Source: a virus
Strand: one strand, 5' to 3'
Length of the DNA: 38,421 nt
Virus record (IMG/VR): IMGVR_UViG_3300045988_170866
Shown here: positions 25,322 to 31,051 of the stretch, piece after piece
Layout: every line of letters begins with the position of its first letter
Numbering within the stretch: position 1 is the first letter of the stretch
Notes under the pieces: generated by a model
What the model was told of the DNA's origin: nothing
The model's input: the letters and a program-made list of their open reading frames with translations, nothing else
Database searches by the model: none
Made by a program: the position numbers and the translations under genes

Positions 25322-25855
25322 TTAATTTCTCCTTTTCAAATAAACTTCTGTAACCTGTTTTTCCATTTTTGGACTTTCCACAAAAACATCTATCTTATTC
25401 CCTTTTATTGCGCCTCCGCAGTCTTGTGCGAGGTATTCTTTACCATCAATCAAAACTGTTGACCCATAAGGAATAATATTAGGATCTACTGCAATTGTCT
25501 TACCCTCAACTGCTGTAACTCCAGTAGATGTCAAACTTCCGTATTGGTCCTCTCCCGGCCAGTAAAAAGTAATTACAAACTGGCCAAGAGCTTTTCATTT
25601 AGAAAGTTCTTCAACCTGTGCTTTCAATTGATTCCTTTCAACATCCACACATTCATACATTGCTTTATATTTTGTATATTCTTGAAGTTGGCCTTGAACT
25701 TCATTAAGTTCATCTTTATACAACTTGATTTGTTTAGCTTGCTCTTGATAAGCTATTTGAGTTGCCTTGGCTTGATCAAATCCTGCACCGCCTAAAACAA
25801 GTGATGCTACAAATAAGGCTGAAAGCACTATTTGTCCGTTTCTTGATAACTTCAT
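25322..25855 (-). pseudogene. membrane-anchored coiled-coil + 3D-domain (YocH/MltA-like) protein interrupted by one in-frame TGA (pseudogene or readthrough gene)
   Basis: ORFs 25595..25855 and 25322..25534 share a frame. The TGA is at 25595-25597. The 3D-domain motifs FVITFYWPGEDQYG...IAVDPNIIPYGS...DCGGAIKGNKIDVF continue across the stop. Confidence 0.6.
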
Positions 25856-25925
25856 ATTGTAAAACCTCCTTAAATTAGCTATAATTTAGTTGCTATTTTG
25901 TGCTGATACGAAAGTATCAGCCTTT

Positions 25926-26327
25926 TTATTTTGAAATGACAATTACATACTCTTCACATTGCAAATGCCCATTTCCAACTTGTCTTGTATATAGCTTTGC
26001 TTCTATTCCAGTTCCCACAAAAAGAGAATTCATTTCATCAATCTTTCTTTGGGCATATTCCTTATCTCCATACCAGGGAATACTTGTTCTGCCAGCAATC
26101 ACTGTGCCTTTTTTATCTATTGGTGTAAGATCCGCAACTTCTAAATTCAAAGCATTTGCAATCTTACAAGCGATTAATAATTTACATTGAGAATTATCTC
26201 TATTGATAATTTCACTTATAGTTGAACGATGAACTCCACATTTCTTTGAAAAATCTTTGATTGTGTAATTTTGTTTGGCTATTTCCAACGCAACTTTCTT
26301 GCTGTCAAGCGTTACCATTTGAATCAT
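25926..26327 (-). CDS. XRE-family HTH protein with extra C-terminal domain (133 aa)
   Basis: HTH region YTIKDFSKKCGVHRSTISEIINRDN; RBS aaaggaggaatggaaat. Confidence 0.7.
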   Translation of the reverse strand: MIQMVTLDSKKVALEIAKQNYTIKDFSKKCGVHRSTISEIINRDNSQCKLLIACKIANALNLEVADLTPIDKKGTVIAGRTSIPWYGDKEYAQRKIDEMNSLFVGTGIEAKLYTRQVGNGHLQCEEYVIVISK

Positions 26328-26342
26328 ATTTCCATTCCTCCT

Positions 26343-26426
26343 TTAAAAAGCTCTAACCAAAATTGCTAAACAATCAGCTACAAAACAACTTGCCGCAATG
26401 ATTGTTACTAAACCTCTTGTTGTCAT
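26343..26426 (-). CDS. 27-aa hydrophobic peptide, not in the ORF track
   Basis: MTTRGLVTIIAASCFVADCLAILVRAF. RBS aaggaggaatgcta, with an ATGA overlap with the upstream peptide ORF. Confidence 0.35.
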   Translation of the reverse strand: MTTRGLVTIIAASCFVADCLAILVRAF

Positions 26427-26575
26427 TTAGCATTCCTCCTTGGTCTTTTAGATAAATAATTAGCTAGTTCATACCAGCTCTTTTTGTACCAATCTCTACT
26501 TTTTTTAAGACAAATACAGACAACTATTAGCAAAACATTTGCTAATACTGAAAAATATAATAAAATCCATTCCAT
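26423..26575 (-). CDS. 50-aa single-TM peptide, not in the ORF track
   Basis: MEWILLYFSVLANVLLIVVCICLKKSRDWYKKSWYELANYLSKRPRRNAK; RBS gaaaggataagtt. Confidence 0.4.
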   Translation of the reverse strand: MEWILLYFSVLANVLLIVVCICLKKSRDWYKKSWYELANYLSKRPRRNAK

Positions 26576-26591
26576 AACTTATCCTTTCTAC

Positions 26592-26727
26592 TACTGACCA
26601 CCCAGGAACCAATCTCCAACTAAAATGAAAAACCTGCTGTTTTGTTGTGATTTAAATGCAAATGATATAATTTTATAATTTAAGGAATCGATAAAAAATG
26701 AAGAGATTGATTCCTGGGCAGTCAGTA
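26592..26727. repeat. 25-bp imperfect inverted repeats flanking an 86-bp promoter-bearing segment
   Basis: TACTGACcaCCCAGGAAcCAATCTC (26592-26616) matches the reverse complement of 26703-26727 at 22/25 positions. The segment between them carries TTGTTG-18-TGaTATAAT on the plus strand (26642-26671). Confidence 0.85.
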
Positions 26728-26743
26728 ATTATCTAATTGTTTT

Positions 26744-26772
26744 TTTACATATTTCTTCTCTTTCTTTATAAT
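26744..26772 (+). promoter_or_regulatory. sigma-70-type promoter for the plus-strand ORF
   Basis: TTTACA (26744-26749), 17 nt, TATAAT (26767-26772). A TCGATA...TATCGA palindrome lies just downstream. Confidence 0.55.
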
Positions 26773-26817
26773 TAAGTTATCGATACTGCAATATCGAAAT
26801 CTAATTAGAAAGTGAGA

Positions 26818-27159
26818 ATGAAAAAAATGAAATCAAATATGCCAAATATTGATAAACTCCGTGCTGATTCGACATCAAATTTTGGAAAAATAGATTATTC
26901 TAATATAAAACCTGTACCTATTGTTCCTAATCAGCAAAAACAAATAGAGTTAATGACTGATATGGTTAATAAGCAGTCTGAAATAATCAAACAACAAGCC
27001 GAATTAATTTCTTTAATCCAAGAAGAAGCGCTTGCTGCAGCAAAACAAGCAAAATTAGCTATGATCCTAACTCTAATTGGTTTAGTTACGGGTTTTATTC
27101 AAATCATACCGACATTAGCCTTATGGATAGAAGAATTACTGTCACTGCTAAAGCGATAA
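26818..27159 (+). CDS. C-terminally membrane-anchored coiled-coil protein (113 aa)
   Basis: The only sizeable plus-strand ORF in this region and it has its own promoter. The C-terminal TM is AMILTLIGLVTGFIQIIPTLALWI. The start is uncertain (26812, 26818 or 26827). Confidence 0.5.
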   Translation: MKKMKSNMPNIDKLRADSTSNFGKIDYSNIKPVPIVPNQQKQIELMTDMVNKQSEIIKQQAELISLIQEEALAAAKQAKLAMILTLIGLVTGFIQIIPTLALWIEELLSLLKR

Positions 27160-27277
27160 TCGCATTAGAATTATTTTTTATGGATTTTGTATTAATTGAA
27201 ATTATTAATTCTAATTTTGTAATACGCTCATTGAGTTCTTGAATTCTTTCTTCAAGAGCTTTTTTTTCATTGTCCAT
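27104..27277 (-). CDS. 57-aa coiled-coil + C-terminal TM protein, convergent with and overlapping ORF 26818..27159; not in the ORF track
   Basis: ATG at 27277 follows gggaaaggagaaacaag. The product is MDNEKKALEERIQELNERITKLELIISINTKSIKNNSNAIIALAVTVILLSIRLMSV. The 3' ends overlap by 56 nt. Confidence 0.45.
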   Translation of the reverse strand: MDNEKKALEERIQELNERITKLELIISINTKSIKNNSNAIIALAVTVILLSIRLMSV

Positions 27278-27349
27278 CTTGTTTCTCCTTTCCCATAAAT
27301 TTTATTTACAAACAAAATTATTTTTTTGAAAATCAAAAGTGTGAAGTGA

Positions 27350-27520
27350 TTAACTCAATGTTCGAAGCACATAAATGTATGTGTAATAAGTTACAATTAC
27401 TAAAAATTGTATTTTAAATTTTAAGTTGTCTTCCTTTTGTGAATAAATGCAAGATAAAACACATATAATCATTGGATAACAAATACAATAAATTCTTTTA
27501 ATTGCCTCTACGGTATTCAT
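27350..27520 (-). CDS. 56-aa hydrophobic (2-TM) peptide
   Basis: Internal ATG at 27520 follows aggaggaaaggatattca. The track ORF 27350..27595 extends upstream through a hairpin. Confidence 0.4.
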   Translation of the reverse strand: MNTVEAIKRIYCICYPMIICVLSCIYSQKEDNLKFKIQFLVIVTYYTYIYVLRTLS

Positions 27521-27545
27521 TGAATATCCTTTCCTCCTGTCGGCC

Positions 27546-27579
27546 ATCAAAGAGCCAACTTCTCTTTGATTTGTTTTTA
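27546..27579 (+). terminator. plus-strand intrinsic terminator in a minus-strand gene region
   Basis: ATCAAAGAG (27546-27554), a 7-nt loop, CTCTTTGAT (27562-27570), then ttgttttta. Confidence 0.45.
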
Positions 27580-27648
27580 TGGAATAAATTAGCAACTTTC
27601 TTCTTTTAGATTAGAAATTGACTCTTTGATGACCAACAAAAAATATTT

Positions 27649-27816
27649 TTAATAATGAGAATTGGTGTATTGTGAATCAAGTTTAAGCTGTTTTTCATAC
27701 TTGCTTAATTGATCAGAAAAATACTTGTCAATTTTGAACTTAATTTCCATCCAGTCATTGTACGATATCCCATTTAGAGCATTTAAAGCCTCTTGCTTCT
27801 TTGCTGAATCTCCCAT
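27649..27816 (-). CDS. hypothetical 55-aa protein, not in the ORF track
   Basis: ATG at 27816 follows aaggaggtgtagtca. Translated codon by codon to TAA at 27649-27651. Confidence 0.5.
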   Translation of the reverse strand: MGDSAKKQEALNALNGISYNDWMEIKFKIDKYFSDQLSKYEKQLKLDSQYTNSHY

Positions 27817-27832
27817 TGACTACACCTCCTTT

Positions 27833-28099
27833 TCAAGAAATCTCACGTTTGGCAGCTTCCCTAACTTCCTTTGTTGTTAAACCCATGAAAGCCAGTAGTC
27901 TTCCAACCAAAATTACGTTGAAACAATTTTCTAAACCCTCAGCTTCAACTTGACTTCTAATTTCATGGTAAATTTGACTTGCTTTAACTGAACCACAAGG
28001 AACAAATTTAGCAATTTCACTACGTGTTAAATATCCCTTGCTGATATATTTCATCCTTGTTTGGTTGATTTTAGAAGTATCAAGAATTCTTCTTGGCAT
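27833..28099 (-). CDS. small putative DNA-binding protein of the early lytic operon (Cro/antirepressor-type position)
   Basis: 88 aa; second gene of the leftward operon that diverges from the repressor genes. The HTH-like segment is LTRSEIAKFVPCGSVKASQIYHEI. Confidence 0.5.
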   Translation of the reverse strand: MPRRILDTSKINQTRMKYISKGYLTRSEIAKFVPCGSVKASQIYHEIRSQVEAEGLENCFNVILVGRLLAFMGLTTKEVREAAKREIS

Positions 28100-28101
28100 A
28101 A

Positions 28102-28278
28102 CTACTCCTCCTTTCTTTTGAGTTTTTCATTAGAAGAAAGCGCAGCTTTTGCTAGAACCATGCCTTGGCAAATGTCAGCAACTCTTCTTACTTCTTTATC
28201 ATCTAATTGTTTAGTAATAGATAATAAAGCATCTAGAGATTTTCTCTTTGAATTCACTTTTCTCTCTTCCATTTTCAT
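28102..28278 (-). CDS. 58-aa first gene of the early lytic operon, not in the ORF track
   Basis: MKMEERKVNSKRKSLDALLSITKQLDDKEVRRVADICQGMVLAKAALSSNEKLKRKEE. Its TAG lies within the RBS of the next gene. Confidence 0.5.
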   Translation of the reverse strand: MKMEERKVNSKRKSLDALLSITKQLDDKEVRRVADICQGMVLAKAALSSNEKLKRKEE

Positions 28279-28332
28279 CACCCTTTCATTTTGTGTATTT
28301 GTTTTTTCGCATCTAGTGAACTTTACACTTGT

Positions 28333-28409
28333 ATATTACTTTACTTATTGCGATATGTCAACATATTTTCAATATAGAACTTGAATTAGTGCGATTTTTA
28401 TTATATTAT
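28333..28409. promoter_or_regulatory. divergent promoters of the lysis-lysogeny switch with a palindromic operator candidate
   Basis: Leftward promoter: TTGACA (28361-28356), 17 nt, TAATAT (28338-28333). Rightward promoter: TTGAAT (28381-28386), 17 nt, TATTAT (28404-28409). The palindrome ATATGTcaACATAT (28353-28366) covers the leftward -35. Confidence 0.55.
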
Positions 28410-28431
28410 TTTGCTGAAGGAGGTGATAATA

Positions 28432-28812
28432 ATGAATTTCGAAAGTATGACAATAAATGAAAGAATATATTATTTAAGAAAGAAAGTTTTGAAGATTTCT
28501 CAACGTGAATTAGGAAAAATATTAGGTGTTGGTGATACTGCTGTATCAAAACTTGAAAAAACTGGAAGTACTGTAACTGAAAGAAACATTAAAGCAATTT
28601 GTAATGAATTTAATATAAGTTATAATTGGTTAGTTGATGGCGTTGGTGATATTTTTATTGAAGATGACAAATCAACCATTGAATTGTTAAAAAGAGATTA
28701 TAATTTAAGAGATGTAGAAGTTAGGCTTATTGAAGAATTTTTAAAGCTTGATGAAAATGAACGTGATGTTCTTATAAATTATTTAGAAAGAGCTGTTGGA
28801 AAAGGTGAATAA
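28432..28812 (+). CDS. XRE-family repressor paralog 1 (one HTH module plus shared C-terminal domain)
   Basis: ATG at 28432 follows gaaggaggtgataata. The HTH is ISQRELGKILGVGDTAVSKLEKTG, and the NYNWLVDGVGDIFI motif is present. Confidence 0.8.
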   Translation: MNFESMTINERIYYLRKKVLKISQRELGKILGVGDTAVSKLEKTGSTVTERNIKAICNEFNISYNWLVDGVGDIFIEDDKSTIELLKRDYNLRDVEVRLIEEFLKLDENERDVLINYLERAVGKGE

Positions 28813-28814
28813 AC

Positions 28815-29402
28815 ATGCAACAAATCGGAGATAGGATCCATTCATTAAGAAAAGGATTAGGAATAAGCCAAGGAGAGTTTGGAAGCAAAATAGGTATTAA
28901 AAAATCATCTGTTAGTTCCATGGAAAAAAATAAAAGTAATCCTTCAACTCAAACCATCAAATTGATTTGTGTTGAATTCAATGTGAATTACGATTGGCTG
29001 GTTAACGGTGTTGGCGATATTTTTATTAAAAATAATAATTCTATTCATGAAAGAATTAAATATTTAAGAAAAGACATTCTTCACTTAACACAAATTGATT
29101 TTGGAAAAAGAATCGGTATTGCTGGAACAACTGTAACTGGTTGGGAAAAACGTAATATGAATCCAAGTGAAACAGCTCTTAAAACGATATGTTACGAATT
29201 CAATGTTAACTATGATTGGTTAGTTGATGGAGACGGGGATATTTTTATTGAAAATAACGATTCTATTGAATTACTGAAAAAAGATTATGATTTAGAAGAT
29301 AATGAAGTTAAAGCTATCAAAGCTTTTTTAAATTTAAATAAAGTTGAGCGTAAAGTTCTTGTATATTATTTAGAAAAAGCATTTGGAAAAGATGGGCAAT
29401 AG
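28815..29402 (+). CDS. XRE-family repressor paralog 2 (two tandem HTH modules plus shared C-terminal domain)
   Basis: Two copies of the HTH...NYDWLV.G.GDIFI module, and a C-terminal ELLKKDYDLEDNEV...YYLEKAFG matching paralog 1. Confidence 0.8.
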   Translation: MQQIGDRIHSLRKGLGISQGEFGSKIGIKKSSVSSMEKNKSNPSTQTIKLICVEFNVNYDWLVNGVGDIFIKNNNSIHERIKYLRKDILHLTQIDFGKRIGIAGTTVTGWEKRNMNPSETALKTICYEFNVNYDWLVDGDGDIFIENNDSIELLKKDYDLEDNEVKAIKAFLNLNKVERKVLVYYLEKAFGKDGQ

Positions 29403-29414
29403 TTGCCCATTGAA

Positions 29415-29531
29415 TTATTTAGATTTTCTATAAAGCTTATGTACTGCTTTATAGATAACATCTAGTAATTCTAGATCATCAATTTGCATCAATATTCTTG
29501 TGATGCATTTGATATATTCTTCTTTAGACAT
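29415..29531 (-). CDS. 38-aa ORF between repressor and integrase, not in the ORF track
   Basis: ATG at 29531 follows ggaggtgatatgc. The product is MSKEEYIKCITRILMQIDDLELLDVIYKAVHKLYRKSK. Confidence 0.4.
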   Translation of the reverse strand: MSKEEYIKCITRILMQIDDLELLDVIYKAVHKLYRKSK

Positions 29532-29562
29532 GCATATCACCTCCAAAGAAGAAAATTATAAC

Positions 29563-29602
29563 AAAATAAAAAGAACTCCCTTACTGGCAATAAGGAAGTT
29601 CT
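29563..29602 (-). terminator. minus-strand intrinsic terminator upstream of the integrase gene
   Basis: 12-bp stem with arms at 29572-29583 and 29591-29602 and one mismatch, followed on the minus strand by tttttatttt. Confidence 0.5.
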
Positions 29603-29695
29603 AAAAGTGTAAAAGCAAGAACCTATGATGTGCTTCTACGTTTTTAATTTTAACATATTAGCACATCTAAATTAAATAGAAAGGATGTGTTTTTT

Positions 29696-30793
29696 ATGTC
29701 TGTACATAAAGATGAAAAGACCGGTAAATGGTATTACACTGGTAAGTATCGTGATTTAGCAGGAAAGCGACATGATTATAAGAAAAGAGGTTTTAAAACT
29801 AAAAAAGAAGCAAAGGCTGCAGAAGATGCGTTTTTATTAAAAATTAAAGGTGGCCAAGGAAGAATTAAGATGAATGCTTTAATTGAGCTTTATCATCAAG
29901 AAATGAAAAGCGCTATTAAATATTCTACATTGAGAATGTATGAAATGATTGAACGATTACATATAATTCCTTTTTTTGGAGATAGGTATATTGATACGAT
30001 AAAAACTGTTGATATTACTAAGTGGAATAAAGAAAGAGCTTTGACTGGCAATAATGGTGGTCCTTATAGTCAAGAATATACCAATAATTTATATTTGCAT
30101 ATGTCGGGGCTTTTAACTTTCGCTGTTAATCATAAACTATTGGATGATAATCCTTGCAAGTATGCTAAGCCTTATAAAGATCCTAATGAAGTGAAGAAAG
30201 AAGAAAATGCTGTTGAAAACTTTTGGGAAGTAGATGAATTTAATAAATTTATTGCTACTGTTGAAAATATTGATCATAAAGAAACTTATGATACACTATT
30301 TTTAACTGGATTAAGAATTGGAGAACTTTGTGCGTTAAGATGGTGCGATTTGGACTTGGAACATAAGAAATTAAGTGTTAGAGGTTCATTTAGTACAGCA
30401 TCAAGAAAAGTTACTTCTCCAAAAACGAAAACATCTATCAGGACAATAGATCTTCCTAATCGACTTGTTGAAGAATTAAAACAAAGATATGAAAGAAAGA
30501 AAAAATTAGATGGATTTAATGATCTTTATTATGTTTTTGGTGACATTGCTGTAACTTGGCCAGGAACATTCCGTTATCGTTTCAATAACGATTTAAAGAA
30601 CGTGGATGTAAAACATATAACGATTCACGGGTTTAGACATAGTCATGCCAGTTATCTTCTTTCTAATCCTATGATTAGTGAGAGCTTAGTTGCTGAAAGA
30701 TTAGGCCATTCTATTGATATGCTAAGAAGCACTTATGCTCATATTTATGAAAAAAGGCGTACTGCTTTAGTCGAATATATAGAAAAATTATAA
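29696..30793 (+). CDS. int: tyrosine integrase with N-terminal arm-binding (AP2-like) domain
   Basis: N-terminus SVHKDEKTGKWYYTGKYRDLAGKRH...KTKKEAKAAE. Catalytic motifs are GLRIGELCAL, HGFRHSHASYLL and LGHSIDMLRSTYAH. Confidence 0.9.
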   Translation: MSVHKDEKTGKWYYTGKYRDLAGKRHDYKKRGFKTKKEAKAAEDAFLLKIKGGQGRIKMNALIELYHQEMKSAIKYSTLRMYEMIERLHIIPFFGDRYIDTIKTVDITKWNKERALTGNNGGPYSQEYTNNLYLHMSGLLTFAVNHKLLDDNPCKYAKPYKDPNEVKKEENAVENFWEVDEFNKFIATVENIDHKETYDTLFLTGLRIGELCALRWCDLDLEHKKLSVRGSFSTASRKVTSPKTKTSIRTIDLPNRLVEELKQRYERKKKLDGFNDLYYVFGDIAVTWPGTFRYRFNNDLKNVDVKHITIHGFRHSHASYLLSNPMISESLVAERLGHSIDMLRSTYAHIYEKRRTALVEYIEKL

Positions 30794-30797
30794 AATG

Positions 30798-30817
30798 TCG
30801 TCCATTTGTCGTCCACA
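30798..30817 (+). repeat. 20-bp direct repeat TCGTCCATTTGTCGTCCACA, copy 1 (candidate integrase arm site)
   Basis: Identical to 30981-31000. Each copy contains TCGTCCA twice. Confidence 0.85.
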
Positions 30818-30824
30818 TATTATA

Positions 30825-30855
30825 AAAAGCCTCGTATAATCGAGGCTTTTTGTTG
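30825..30855 (+). terminator. integrase terminator
   Basis: aaaagcctcg-tataat-cgaggctttt, followed by tgttg. Confidence 0.7.
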
Positions 30856-30980
30856 ATTAGTCTAAATCAGCACCAATTATCCCCTATACTATAGTTCTCT
30901 ATAAACCCTTATAAATGCCCATTTATTTATATACAATTCTATATAATTTCTATTGATTTTTTACTGTTTTTTAGCTTCAT

Positions 30981-31000
30981 TCGTCCATTTGTCGTCCACA
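30981..31000 (+). repeat. 20-bp direct repeat TCGTCCATTTGTCGTCCACA, copy 2
   Basis: Identical to 30798-30817. Confidence 0.85.
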
Positions 31001-31040
31001 AAAACAAAAAAGAACCTACTCAAAATTGAGTAGGTTTTAT
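31001..31040 (-). terminator. terminator of the toxin-antitoxin cassette
   Basis: Stem aacctactc/gagtaggtt (31013-31021 / 31028-31036), followed on the minus strand by cttttttgtttt. Confidence 0.65.
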
Positions 31041-31051
31041 GTACATTAATA

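Larger units (their letters stand above)
30794..31051. other. attP region
   Basis: Non-coding, immediately 3' of int, and bounded by two identical 20-bp direct repeats. Confidence 0.45.

Noticed and set aside
25595-25597. Genome-wide TGA reassignment (code 4-like) or selenocysteine as the explanation for the in-frame TGA.
   Set aside because: TGA closes other well-defined genes in the proper place, for example at 20510-20512, 23417-23419 and 27104-27106. The long structural ORFs (899, 676 and 522 aa) are intact under the standard code. The encoded tRNA does not read UGA. A selenocysteine in a linker of a wall-binding protein has no precedent I know of, and no Sec machinery is present.
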